Below are positions 10,427 through 20,455 of a stretch of DNA of 64,000 bases, piece after piece. Made by a program: the position numbers and the translations under genes. Numbering within the stretch: position 1 is the first letter of the stretch; every line of letters begins with the position of its first letter. The notes beneath the pieces were generated by a model. That model was not told the DNA's origin and ran no database searches. It worked only from the letters and a program-made list of their open reading frames with translations. The DNA comes from Candidatus Latescibacterota bacterium (GTDB taxonomy: Bacteria > Latescibacterota > UBA2968 > UBA8231): positions 1,248,001 through 1,312,000 of the forward strand of contig CBDCDC010000002.1 of NCBI GenBank assembly GCA_965215195.1, read 5' to 3'.

Positions 10427-10473
10427 TATCAGTAAGTTATGATTTTGTAGATCAGTTTGGCACGGAATGTGCT
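10427..10473 (+). promoter_or_regulatory. sigma-54 promoter 2 (IHF-like site kept, enhancer boxes missing)
   Basis: TATCAGTAAGTTA 10427-10439, TGGCACGGAATGTGCT 10458-10473. Confidence 0.8.
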
Positions 10474-10889
10474 ATTGCTATAGTGAGCACGAAAGTCAGC
10501 CGTTGTTGGCCCCACCCGCTACGGCGCAGAGGCCGACGGGCAGGCTTTCCATCCACCCAATAAGAGGAGGTGAAAATGAACCGCGTTATCAACATCCGCT
10601 CTCGCCTGCTTGGAGAACAGCTCGCTTTCGTGCCGCGCTGGTAGAGCCACCGTCCAGGTCGAGAAGACCTGTAGCCATGACCCTGCACTCACTCGTGTGC
10701 ATCAAGCCACGACCCGGCCCTCGAAGCCGCGCAGGCATTTGCCGCTGTCGGCTGCTGTTCCTTCTCGCGCCATGACACCGCCTTTACCGGCACCACTTAG
10801 GGCTATCCGTCAGGAGGCCCTGTCGCGACGCCTTTGGCGTCACCCTTTGGTTCGATTGAACCAGTCACTTACTACCAAGGAGCCTACGC

Positions 10890-11030
10890 ATGATCGCTCT
10901 GCACAAACCCGAACGCGCCACCTACGGCCAAGCCGTCGAGGCCCAGCACAACGAATACAACGTGGTCAGGTGCGACCATACGGGCGTCGTCTGCTTGGGG
11001 AACTCAGGCAGCTATCGCTGCTGCATTTAA
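10890..11030 (+). CDS. Cys-rich precursor peptide 2 (46 aa) MIALHKPERATYGQAVEAQ-HNEYNVVRCDHTGVVCLGNSGSYRCCI
   Basis: hand translation; AAGGAG RBS. Confidence 0.9.
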   Translation: MIALHKPERATYGQAVEAQHNEYNVVRCDHTGVVCLGNSGSYRCCI

Positions 11031-11276
11031 GGACGCCCTTCTGCGGCAGCCTCGGCTGACATCGGTTCGACAGCACCCTACTTGAGGGGTTACTGAAAAA
11101 TCAGTCAGCCATTGATCGGCGAGTGGACCATGGGTTCCATTGACCCCGGTCCACTCCGCCGGTCTTCGGGTGCTGAACGGTTGAAGATAGTTCCAGTAGC
11201 TACTCCTTGATGCACGGCCACATCCAGTCCGTGAATCTGCCAAGATGCAACCCCAACTCTCCACAAGGAGGATGTT

Positions 11277-12386
11277 ATGAAAAATTTGCTGCTGTTCATC
11301 GTGGTTTTCGGCCCTGTGGTGCTGTTGGCCGGGTGCGGCGATGATCCACCTAAACGCCGAGTGGAGATCACCCCTCCGGTGGCCGAACTCACGTTCGACG
11401 AGGCGTTAGTCAAGGATAGGGAAATCCACTTCCAAATGCCCGAGGGTATCGTTTTGGGCACGATCGGGGACCTCGTGGTCGATTCCAAGGGCAACCTCAT
11501 CATCTTAGATTTTGCCCAAGGGACGGTTTTCCTAGCCGATGCCGAAGGCAACTATCTGCGGCAGATCGGAGCGCGGGGAGGGGCTGAGGGCGAGTACCTT
11601 TCTATTATCGAGGTACTGCTAGCCCCAAATGACGATCTCTATACTTGGAGTATGGGAGAAGGCCTCAAGTACATGGTCTTTTCCGGCGGCTCTTATGAGT
11701 TTAAGAGAGAGGTTCCAGATCCTAATTCCCAGTACATCGATCATCTCGTGGTCTCCGCCGGCGGCCACATTTATGCCTCGCAAGTGGATTTGCGAATGGA
11801 CGGTATCCACGCCCTGTTCCGCTTTGACGACCACTTCAAGGTGATCGGCAACCTGTATCCGGTCGAAGACCAAAGGACCGCGACGGCCCTGCACCGCTTC
11901 CACAACACCATCCTCACCCCCAAGACCGGCGGTGGCTTCTACTTCATGTATCCGACCACCTACGAGATTCACCAGTACAGCGAGCAGGGCGAGTTGGAAC
12001 AGACCCTGTTTAGCACCTACCAGTCCAAGCACCGGGACGGCATCAAGCCCTTTCCCGCCGACTTAGACCCGTATGGTTGGAACCCCAAAATCGAGGCGTG
12101 GTTCGCGGAGCACATTGTCCGTCACCGACTTTTCGAATGCGGTTCCGACTTGCTGGTACTTGTGCAATACAGGCGGGAGGTTGGCAACAAGTACGAGTAC
12201 TATCTAAACTTCTTGTACAAGGACGGCCATTCGGTGGCCGATGGGATTCGTGTGCCCGCCAAGCACATACCGCTGACGGTCAACGGCTCTGAGTTGTACT
12301 TTGTGGTTGAGAGTGAGTTCAATGAAGCGACGGGCGAGGCGGACGATCCGCACATAGCCGTCTATCGGCTCAAGTCGGCTAGGTAG
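11277..12386 (+). CDS. beta-propeller lipoprotein 2
   Basis: AAGGAGG RBS, LAGC lipobox, paralog of 7856/17100/27934. Confidence 0.85.
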   Translation: MKNLLLFIVVFGPVVLLAGCGDDPPKRRVEITPPVAELTFDEALVKDREIHFQMPEGIVLGTIGDLVVDSKGNLIILDFAQGTVFLADAEGNYLRQIGARGGAEGEYLSIIEVLLAPNDDLYTWSMGEGLKYMVFSGGSYEFKREVPDPNSQYIDHLVVSAGGHIYASQVDLRMDGIHALFRFDDHFKVIGNLYPVEDQRTATALHRFHNTILTPKTGGGFYFMYPTTYEIHQYSEQGELEQTLFSTYQSKHRDGIKPFPADLDPYGWNPKIEAWFAEHIVRHRLFECGSDLLVLVQYRREVGNKYEYYLNFLYKDGHSVADGIRVPAKHIPLTVNGSELYFVVESEFNEATGEADDPHIAVYRLKSAR

Positions 12387-12511
12387 CGTTTAGCCGTTCA
12401 CAGAGCGGCTAGTAGAAAAAGTTCGTAGGACGAAGCCTTCCATTAGGTTGGGAGACGAAATCACATGCTATATCTCAAGCTGCCGAAAGGCAGTTCACTA
12501 AGGAGGATACG

Positions 12512-13498
12512 ATGAACAAACGGATGCTTTTTATCGCAATGGCTGGCATAGGGCTGCTTGGGGTTGACCCGGCCAACGCCGAGGCCGCAGCGGAACGAGG
12601 GGCCGACGAGCGCTTCACCGGCAAGGAGCAGGTCGTTGCGCTGCCGGGCGGTACCCAGATGACGTTTGTGTGGATTGAGCCGGGGACGTTTCAGATGGGA
12701 GCGCAGCTTCCAGAAGACGAGTCGCTGAAAGAGTTAGAAAGAACCGTGCGTTACGTTGGTTCCCTGCCGGTGCATGAGGTGGAGATTAGTGCGGGGTTCT
12801 GGTTGAGTAAGTATGTGGTTACGCAGGAGCAGTGGGAAGCAATAATGGGAACCACGCCTTGGCGCGACGAAGACAACATCGACCGAGAGTTGGTGCAGTC
12901 GAATCCGGCGCATCCGGCCGTGTATATTTCTTGGCACGACGCCCAAGCGTTGATACACCAGCTCAATAGCGCCGCCGGGGAGGACGTGTATCGGTTGCCG
13001 ACCGAGGCCGAGTGGGAGTATGCCTGCCGGGCAGGCACTTCGACCCTGTGGTCGTTTGGCAACGAAGAGGGCGCGTTCTCTACCTTGTGGACGTATCACG
13101 CGGATAAGGGTTCGCTCGCCCACTATGCGTGGTATCGGAACAATACGTTGGGTAGGAATGAGGAGTATGCTCATGCGGTGGGACAGCATCGTCCGAATGC
13201 GTGGGGCTTACATGATATGCACGGCAATGTGTGGGAGTGGGTACAGGACTGGTATGACATCGACTATTACAAGCATTCGCCGCGGGTGGATCCTTTAGGC
13301 CCTCCATCCGGCTCTTTAGGCTCTGGTCCTAACTCTTTACGCTCTAAGATGAGGGACGACGCTACCGACTCTTTACGCGTCATGCGGGGGGGGGACTTTA
13401 TCACCCCTGTCATATACACACAATCGGCGTACCGCATATTCAAAGAGCCTTACGAAGGTTACGCTACTATTAGTGTACGCCTTTTGAAGATGCGTTGA
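12512..13498 (+). CDS. FGE-sulfatase (SUMF1) domain protein, secreted
   Basis: signal peptide, RLPTEAEWEYACRAG, PNAWGLHDMHGNVWEW, RVMRGG. Confidence 0.9.
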   Translation: MNKRMLFIAMAGIGLLGVDPANAEAAAERGADERFTGKEQVVALPGGTQMTFVWIEPGTFQMGAQLPEDESLKELERTVRYVGSLPVHEVEISAGFWLSKYVVTQEQWEAIMGTTPWRDEDNIDRELVQSNPAHPAVYISWHDAQALIHQLNSAAGEDVYRLPTEAEWEYACRAGTSTLWSFGNEEGAFSTLWTYHADKGSLAHYAWYRNNTLGRNEEYAHAVGQHRPNAWGLHDMHGNVWEWVQDWYDIDYYKHSPRVDPLGPPSGSLGSGPNSLRSKMRDDATDSLRVMRGGDFITPVIYTQSAYRIFKEPYEGYATISVRLLKMR

Positions 13499-13517
13499 CC
13501 TTTGTGCTTGTTACAAA

Positions 13518-13645
13518 TTTCATCTCGGTCGTCGGCACTATGCGACCGAATCCACGTGCGACGAGGCGTTCGTTGAGGATTGGGACATCCACTTTCAAAT
13601 GCCCAAAGACGTCGGTCGGCAAGAGAGCGTTTAGCCGATTGTAGG
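13518..13645 (+). pseudogene. internally deleted beta-propeller gene remnant
   Basis: DEAFVEDWDIHFQMPKDV (paralog N-terminus) joined directly to the GKRAFSR-type 3' end. Confidence 0.6.
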
Positions 13646-13670
13646 GCTCGCAGAGAAGGAGATCATTGCC

Positions 13671-14306
13671 ATGAATTCGCTAGCAAAAGCGCTTCTGGTG
13701 CTGTCTTTCGGCCTCGGCTCGGTCGCCTTAGCCCTGCACCAAGACAACGTCGACAGACGCGACGAGTTGGAGACCCTCAACGAGCGGCTGGAACACTTGG
13801 AGACCGTCCAATGGAACTACGAGGTCAATGCCGCCCTCAAGGAGAAGCTACACCGCAAGCTGATCGAATCGGTGGACTTGGGCCGATTCGCCAAGTTCGA
13901 CGAGTCAGCCGCCGGGGATGGCCAGCCGTTTGTCGTCGTCGTATCGACGAGCCGGACATGTGGAGCATGCCTGTTTACCCAACTCGCTCAGTGGAGGCAG
14001 GCGATGGCGCACAGGGGCATCTCCCACGGCAAGCTACTGCTGGTCGTAGGCGACGCCAACGAGCACATCAAGCACCAAATCGCCATAAAGAGCAAAGTGG
14101 ACATCGTGCCGTTTGCCTTCACCTTCGTGGCCGAGCGAGAGCTCCAAGCACTGCTGTTTCAGTCCGAGGCCCGGTCGTCGGTGCCGGTCTCGTTTGTCGT
14201 GGACGACGCCTTTCATGTCCTCAACTGGCACTATAGCGACAAAGGAGACGAAGAAGCGACAGAGCAATGTATCCAAGATTGGCTGGAACAGTACTTCACT
14301 TCGTAA
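13671..14306 (+). CDS. thioredoxin-fold protein 2 (CGAC)
   Basis: close paralog of 9047 and 18317. Confidence 0.8.
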   Translation: MNSLAKALLVLSFGLGSVALALHQDNVDRRDELETLNERLEHLETVQWNYEVNAALKEKLHRKLIESVDLGRFAKFDESAAGDGQPFVVVVSTSRTCGACLFTQLAQWRQAMAHRGISHGKLLLVVGDANEHIKHQIAIKSKVDIVPFAFTFVAERELQALLFQSEARSSVPVSFVVDDAFHVLNWHYSDKGDEEATEQCIQDWLEQYFTS

Positions 14307-14326
14307 ACGGCGATTCCGCGACGCCA

Positions 14327-16093
14327 TTAGTTTCCCGCTGCGTCGTCTTCTACGGCTTGGTAGGCGACCAGCTCCCAGCCGTGAAACACAACGGCCAAGC
14401 CAATATGCCGCACCGACGGGGAGCGGTGCGGCAAGGACGAATCCGCCAAGTAGCCGCGCACCTGAAGCACGGCCTCCTGCACCTTGTCCGCCACAACGGA
14501 TTCGTCGAGGGTTTCGCTTCGTTTCAGGTACTTCAATTCCAACACATAGCCGAACCGCACGTCAGGGTACTGGGCGACAAACGGCTCCAAGTACAAATCC
14601 GCGTACCCCTTGTTCAGTTCATACTCCGAGTGCAGTAGAAAGTGGTTCACCATACTCAAGTGGGCGGCGACAAAGCCGTGGATCACCTTCTCGCCATCCA
14701 TGTAGTCGCGGATGCCGGTTTGCTCGGCGAGGGCATCGCGCAAAAAATCGAGAGGCGGCTGCCAAGCGCCACCGTAGGCCATCTGGCGCATCAGGCGGGA
14801 GAAGGTGTACACATCGACGGAGAACACCCCCACATCGTCGTAGGCATCGCGCAGGTAGCCGTACATCAGCCGCTTGACCGTTTGATTGGGAATGCCCAGC
14901 CGAGGCACCCCGTGCGCCACGGCGCGAATGCTGAGCAGGCCGAAGTAATACAGCAGGGACAGGAAGTTTTCGCGTTGGTCTAACTGTTCTAAGGGAAAGC
15001 TGACTTGGATAGTGCTTTCGGCGGTCTGCTCGCCGATGATGTGGCGCAGCAGGTCGAAGTTGCCGTTGAATTGCCGGTTGACCGTCAGCAGGTGGCGCAG
15101 CTTGCCGTAGTCGATGCGCACGTTGGTGTCGATCAACTCCCGCGGTCCCCGTTTGTTTGGCACGGATTTGTGTAAAAAGTAGAGGACCATGTCCGTGTTG
15201 TAGAGGTCACCCTCGATCTCCTCGGCGAAGCGATAGCCGTTGTACCACTCGCGCATCACCTCCAGCGCGGCTTCGACATCCTGATTGAACACGCCGTAAT
15301 CACGGTATAGCTCCAGCACCTCTCGCACCTCGGCCTCGGTGAAGCCGAGCATGTCGTTGAACTCTGGTTCCAAGCTGATGTTGCTGCCGATGTTAAAGCC
15401 GCTGGTGACGTCGTCCATGGTGATCGGCGACACCCCGGTGATGAACAACCGCTCCAAGCCGCCGCCGCTCTGCTCCGCGCCGACCTTGAGCGTGGCGAAG
15501 AAATTGCGATAAAAGCCGCCGCCGTGGGTGAAGGACTGGTACGCGGCCTCGCCGTGATAAGCCAGCACGGTGTTGGCGAAGTTGTCGTACTCGTCGATGA
15601 GCACGCATAGCCGAATGCCGTGGTCGCCAGCGTACAGGAACAGCTCGTTGAGCTGCCCAGTGACCGAGTCCGACGCACGGATGTATCGCCTCGCGGCCTC
15701 GGGAAACAAATCCGCATTGCGCTCCAGCGCATACCGGACCACCAGTTGACAATACTCTTCAAAGTGATGTTCGAGGGTTTCCAGCGCGTTTTTGAACGCC
15801 GAAAAGTTGAAACGCAGGACGACGTAGCGATGGCGGTTTTCGGTCGGCTGCTGCCCCAAGTCCGTACCGCCGAAGACGGTCTCGAATTCGTCGGCGCGGT
15901 TGCGGTCGTAGTAGTTCTCTAGCAAGGACACCCAGCAGGTCTTGCCAAAGCGTCGGGGACGAATGAGAAAGACGTAGCGTTCGTCTTCTAAGGCGTGGAC
16001 GAAGCGGGTCTTATCGACGTAGAGGCGGTTTTCCAAGCGGATGGCCCGAAAATCAGCCCAACCGTAGGGAATGCGGGGGTAGGATGCGGCCAT
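14327..16093 (-). CDS. AAA-ATPase-like + PD-(D/E)XK nuclease domain protein
   Basis: YVDKT, RPRRFGKT Walker A, LIDEYD Walker B, GYADL...LELK; start set at MAASYP by paralog. Confidence 0.9.
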   Translation of the reverse strand: MAASYPRIPYGWADFRAIRLENRLYVDKTRFVHALEDERYVFLIRPRRFGKTCWVSLLENYYDRNRADEFETVFGGTDLGQQPTENRHRYVVLRFNFSAFKNALETLEHHFEEYCQLVVRYALERNADLFPEAARRYIRASDSVTGQLNELFLYAGDHGIRLCVLIDEYDNFANTVLAYHGEAAYQSFTHGGGFYRNFFATLKVGAEQSGGGLERLFITGVSPITMDDVTSGFNIGSNISLEPEFNDMLGFTEAEVREVLELYRDYGVFNQDVEAALEVMREWYNGYRFAEEIEGDLYNTDMVLYFLHKSVPNKRGPRELIDTNVRIDYGKLRHLLTVNRQFNGNFDLLRHIIGEQTAESTIQVSFPLEQLDQRENFLSLLYYFGLLSIRAVAHGVPRLGIPNQTVKRLMYGYLRDAYDDVGVFSVDVYTFSRLMRQMAYGGAWQPPLDFLRDALAEQTGIRDYMDGEKVIHGFVAAHLSMVNHFLLHSEYELNKGYADLYLEPFVAQYPDVRFGYVLELKYLKRSETLDESVVADKVQEAVLQVRGYLADSSLPHRSPSVRHIGLAVVFHGWELVAYQAVEDDAAGN

Positions 16094-16195
16094 GGCGACT
16101 CCTAAGACGAATGAACGAGACTGAGCGTAACGATTGAGCAAAACAAGCGCAACGTACGCACGATTGGCCACATCGGCGATTCCCTTTTAACGCAC

Positions 16196-16388
16196 TACGT
16201 CCCTTTTGACGCACTTGCTCTAAACTATTGTAAAAATTTGAATTAGGCATCAAATAGCTCATCAGGTGCGTCGAAAGGGTGCAAAGAAAGCGCGATTCGG
16301 CGTCTTGTATGAAATACTCCAATTTCTTGTAACTCTTTGTATAACAATCAATTACGGATTTTCGGATCAGTTTGGCACGGAATGTGCT
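16196..16388 (+). promoter_or_regulatory. sigma-54 promoter 3 with enhancer boxes
   Basis: boxes 16196-16213 and 16267-16283; IHF-like 16342-16354; TGGCACGGAATGTGCT 16373-16388. Confidence 0.85.
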
Positions 16389-16591
16389 TATATAGTAGGT
16401 GAGCACGAAAGTAAGCCGTTGTTGGTCTCAGACGCTACGGCGCAGAGGCCGACGGGCAGGCTTTCCATTCACCCCATAAGAGGAGGGAATAATGAACCGC
16501 TTTATCAACATCCGCTCTCGCCTGCTTGGAGAAGGTCGGCTTTCGTGCCGCGCTGGTAGAGCCACCGTCAAGGTCGAGAAGACCTGTAGCC

Positions 16592-16765
16592 ATGACCCTG
16601 CACAAACCCGTGATCTACGGCTTGGCCATTGAAGCCGCGCAGGCATTTGCCGTTGTCGGCTGCTTTCCTTCTCGCGCTATGACGACACCTTTATCGTCAC
16701 TGCGTAGGACTATCCGTCAGGAAGTCCTTTCGAGACGCTCTTGGCGTCACCATTTGGTTCAATAG
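16592..16765 (+). pseudogene. degenerate upstream precursor paralog MTLHKPVIYGLAIEAAQ...
   Basis: homologous to 7281-7454, same length. Confidence 0.45.
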
Positions 16766-16797
16766 AACCAGTCACTTATTACTCAAGGAGTATATCC

Positions 16798-16938
16798 ATG
16801 ACCGCTCTGCACAAACCCGAACGCGCCACCTACGACCAAGCCGTTGAGGCCCAGCGGGAATTCAACAAGATCGAGATCATTGAGGATCCTCCTGGGCTTC
16901 ATTGCACTGGAATCGGCTCCCTCATCTGCTGCTGCTAA
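16798..16938 (+). CDS. Cys-rich precursor peptide 3 (46 aa) MTALHKPERATYDQAVEAQ-REFNKIEIIEDPPGLHCTGIGSLICCC
   Basis: AAGGAG RBS; C-terminal part of track ORF 16741-16938. Confidence 0.9.
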   Translation: MTALHKPERATYDQAVEAQREFNKIEIIEDPPGLHCTGIGSLICCC

Positions 16939-17099
16939 GGGGGCTCTGCTCTTCCCACTTGGTTCGATAGATCCGGACTCCTCACTTGAGGGGGTCTGAA
17001 CAATCGACCCAGCCGTAGATGAGACGAGTGGACCGAGGCCCATGGGCTTCGGTCCACTCCGTCGGACTTCAACGCCAACTCTCATCAGGAGGAATAGTT

Positions 17100-18281
17100 A
17101 TGAACAAGCGGACCCCTTTCATCGGGCTCGTCGGTGCCATGGTGCTGTTGGCCGGTTGCAGCGACGACCCACCCGCTGGCCCGCGTCGAGTGGAGATCGC
17201 CCCCCCAGCCGCCGACCTAACCTTCGACGAAGCCTTTGTCAAGGACCGGGACATCCACTTACACCTGCCGGAGGATGTCGCTTTAGGCGGGATTGGCTAC
17301 ACCTTGGTGGATGCCAAGGGCGATCTGATTGTTGGGGACCATATCCAAAAGACGGTTTTTCTCACCGATGCTGAAGGCCGTTACCTGCGGCAAATTGGAG
17401 CGCGGGGGGGAGGCGAAGGCGAGTACTTTTATATCGGGAGGCCGCGGTTAGCCCCCAACGGCGATCTCTATTTTCACAGCTTTGGAGCAAGCGATAAGTA
17501 CCTTTTCTTTGCGAGCGACTCCTATGCCTTTAAGCAGGAGGTGCCGGACCCGAACCCGCAACTGATTGACCAGATGGTGCTCACCGAAGGCGGCCATTGG
17601 TACGGCTCGCAGGTAGATGTCATAGATATAGGTGCTGTTGAGGTGCGAGAGGATGGCCAGTACGCGCTGTTCCGCTTCGACGACCACTTCAATAAAGTCG
17701 TTGACCTGTATCCGGTCGAAGACAAACGAACCGGGCGGGCGTTGAATCGCTACCACAACACCGTGCTCACACCCAAGCGGGGGGGCGGCTTCTACTTCAT
17801 CTATCCGACCACCTACGAAATCCACCAATACAGCGAGCAGGGCACGTTAGAACAGACTTGGTTCAGCGAGTACAAGTCCAAGCATCGGGATGGGATCAAG
17901 CCTTTCCCCGCCGACTTGAATCCGGTCAATTGGACCCCTCGGCACGGCGAGTGGTTTGCTGAGCACATTGTCCGTTCCCGCCTCTATGAATTCGGTCCCG
18001 ACCTGCTGGTGCTTACCCAATACCGGTCGGTGTTCAAGGGCAAGGTCCGCGGCAAGCCGGAATACTATTTGAACCTCTTTTACAAGGACGGCTATTCGGC
18101 CGCCGACGGCATTAGATTACCCGCAGATCATAGGATGCTGACGGTCGCCGGCACGGAGTGGTATTTCGCCATCGAGGGTGCGTTTGACGAGGCGACCGGC
18201 GAGACGAGCGATCCGCACATAGCCGTCTATCGGCTCAATGACCGCGAAGGGGCCGGCAAGAGAGCGTTCAGCCGCTCGTAG
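17100..18281 (+). CDS. beta-propeller lipoprotein 3
   Basis: AGGAGG RBS, LAGC lipobox, paralog. Confidence 0.85.
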   Translation: MNKRTPFIGLVGAMVLLAGCSDDPPAGPRRVEIAPPAADLTFDEAFVKDRDIHLHLPEDVALGGIGYTLVDAKGDLIVGDHIQKTVFLTDAEGRYLRQIGARGGGEGEYFYIGRPRLAPNGDLYFHSFGASDKYLFFASDSYAFKQEVPDPNPQLIDQMVLTEGGHWYGSQVDVIDIGAVEVREDGQYALFRFDDHFNKVVDLYPVEDKRTGRALNRYHNTVLTPKRGGGFYFIYPTTYEIHQYSEQGTLEQTWFSEYKSKHRDGIKPFPADLNPVNWTPRHGEWFAEHIVRSRLYEFGPDLLVLTQYRSVFKGKVRGKPEYYLNLFYKDGYSAADGIRLPADHRMLTVAGTEWYFAIEGAFDEATGETSDPHIAVYRLNDREGAGKRAFSRS

Positions 18282-18316
18282 GGCAGCCCGTAAAGAAGGA
18301 GAAAGAGACCATTGTC

Positions 18317-18958
18317 ATGAATGCCACTAAGCTAGCAAAAGTGCTTCTGCTGTTGTCCCTCGGCCTCGGCTCGGTCGCCTTGGCCCTCCACCAAGACAAC
18401 ACCGACAGACGCGACGAGTTGGGCGCACTTAATCAAAGGCTGAAACACTTGGAAACCGTCCAATGGAACTACGAGATCAACGCCGCCCTCAAGGAGAAAC
18501 TACACCGCAAGCTGATCCAATCGGTGGACTTAGGCCGATTCGCCAAGTTCGATGAGTCGGCTGCCGGGGACGGTAAACCCTTTGTCGTCGTCGTATCGAC
18601 GAGTCGGACGTGTGGAGCATGCCTGTTTACCCAACTTGACCAGTGGAAACAGGCTATGACTCAAAGGGGCGTCTCCCACGGCAAGCTGCTGCTGGTCCTA
18701 GGCGACGCCAACGAGCCCCTCAAGCACCAAATCGCCCTCAAGCACAAGGTCGGCATCGTGCCCTTCGCCTTCACCTTCGTGGCTGAGCAGCAACTCGATG
18801 CGCTGCTGTTCCAGTCCGATGCCCGGTCGTCGGTGCCGGTCTCGTTTGTCGTGGACGACGCCTTTCATGTCCTCAACTGGCACTATAGCGACAAAGGAGA
18901 CGAAGAAGCGACAGAGCAATGTATCCAAGATTGGCTGGACCGGTACTTCACCTCGTAA
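18317..18958 (+). CDS. thioredoxin-fold protein 3 (CGAC)
   Basis: paralog of 9047/13671. Confidence 0.8.
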   Translation: MNATKLAKVLLLLSLGLGSVALALHQDNTDRRDELGALNQRLKHLETVQWNYEINAALKEKLHRKLIQSVDLGRFAKFDESAAGDGKPFVVVVSTSRTCGACLFTQLDQWKQAMTQRGVSHGKLLLVLGDANEPLKHQIALKHKVGIVPFAFTFVAEQQLDALLFQSDARSSVPVSFVVDDAFHVLNWHYSDKGDEEATEQCIQDWLDRYFTS

Positions 18959-19271
18959 ACGGCGATTCCGCGACGCCATTAGTGTCAACCCTTAGTTCGA
19001 TAGAACCCCTCACTATCAATTGACCTAGCCATTGACCGGCGAGTGGACCGTGGATTTCGTTGAACACGGTCCGCTTTGCTAGTCATCAATTCCTTCCTCC
19101 CATCATCACCCGCCCCACTCAACATGACAGGGGCAGGTGCGTTCCTTCCTTGTCATGCTGAGCGAAGTACTATGCGTACCGTCAGTTGTGAATGACGTAG
19201 GATCGCAATAGCTGCTATGTCGATGCCTCGGCGATGAAATCGCAGTCGGCCAGCGGTCTGTAGCGGCGATC

Positions 19272-19498
19272 CCCTTTTAACGCACTACGTCCCTTTTGAC
19301 GCACTACGTCCCTTTTGACGCACTTTCTCTAACCTGTTGTAAATAAAGCCAGATAGAAGCAATATAGAACATTAGGTGCGTCGAAAGGGTGCAGTTGAAG
19401 CGCGATTCGGCGTTTGGTTTGCGATGCCCCAATTTTTTGTAACTCTCTGTATAACAATTAGTTATGGTCTTGTAGATCAGCTTGGCACGGAATCTGCT
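19272..19498 (+). promoter_or_regulatory. sigma-54 promoter of the maturation/export operon, with tandemly expanded enhancer box
   Basis: 19-bp unit CCCTTTT(G/A)ACGCACTACGT repeated nearly three times at 19272-19324; box 19377-19393; TGGCACGGAATCTGCT 19483-19498. Confidence 0.85.
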
Positions 19499-19576
19499 AA
19501 GTGTAAAAGTAGGCCCTAGCCGCTAAGGAGCGGAATTGACGGGCAGATTTTCCACACTCATAAGAGGAGGTCAACC

Positions 19577-19672
19577 ATGACCCTGCACCCCTTAGTCCAG
19601 ATCAGGTATATCTTCGGCCGGAGGAATGGCTCCTACAGGCGTAGCCTCTCTCAACGCCGAGAAGAGACGTAG
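19577..19672 (+). CDS. putative 31-aa leader uORF MTLHPLVQIRYIFGRRNGSYRRSLSQRREET
   Basis: AAGAGGAGG RBS; homologous to 100-165 but shifted frame after IRY. Confidence 0.3.
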   Translation: MTLHPLVQIRYIFGRRNGSYRRSLSQRREET

Positions 19673-19707
19673 CCGTACCCCTGCACAAAACCAAAGAGAG
19701 GTGAACG

Positions 19708-20424
19708 ATGAAAAACATGGCGCGGAACATCTCCCTGCTCGTCAATGCGTTCCTCCTGCTACTCATTGCCACTGGCACCCTGTGGGCACTGAAAGAGCTG
19801 CACCGGCAAGACCCGACCGAGGCCGAGCGGCTGGTGAAGGAGAAGACCTACTTCAAGGACTACCTCAACAGCAGCGTCCAAGCTTCGACCAAGCTGGGCC
19901 TGAAATTCCCCGTCATTGAGATGACAGATATCAAAGGCCGGCCTTTGAGCACGGATTTCTCCAAGACCCAAAAGGGAGGAATCGTCGTCGTGCTCAGCCA
20001 ACTGGCGTGCCAGCCCTGCCTCAAGCCGCAGATGCAGATCCTGCAGCACATCTACGAGCGTCTCGCCGATCCGGAGGCGATGCCCATTTACTGCATCGCC
20101 AGAATGAGCGAGCGGAAGTTTTCGGACTATGTGCGGACGTTCCAGATCACTTTTCCGGTTGCGTCGGACACGACCGGGTACTTCAACGAGACGCCTTTTG
20201 GCGAACCGACCCCGGCCGTATTTGTAATTGACGAGAACAACACGGTCGTCAACGTCCATATCCCCGTGCAGGAGAAGCCGCACCTTTCGGTCATTTTCTA
20301 CAACGAGTTGAAGCCTTGGTTCGACTTGGCCAAGCCGCTCGCTTTCAAGTTCAAAGGCGTGAAGTACTACGACGTCATCACCAACAAGGCCGATTTGAGC
20401 TCGGTCAAGCACTTGCTCTACTGA
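19708..20424 (+). CDS. membrane-anchored redoxin/AhpC-TSA-like protein (CQPC)
   Basis: N-terminal TM, LACQPC, TPAVFVID. Confidence 0.8.
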   Translation: MKNMARNISLLVNAFLLLLIATGTLWALKELHRQDPTEAERLVKEKTYFKDYLNSSVQASTKLGLKFPVIEMTDIKGRPLSTDFSKTQKGGIVVVLSQLACQPCLKPQMQILQHIYERLADPEAMPIYCIARMSERKFSDYVRTFQITFPVASDTTGYFNETPFGEPTPAVFVIDENNTVVNVHIPVQEKPHLSVIFYNELKPWFDLAKPLAFKFKGVKYYDVITNKADLSSVKHLLY

Positions 20425-20455
20425 CCGGCCACCTATCGCAAGGGAGGACAACGAG

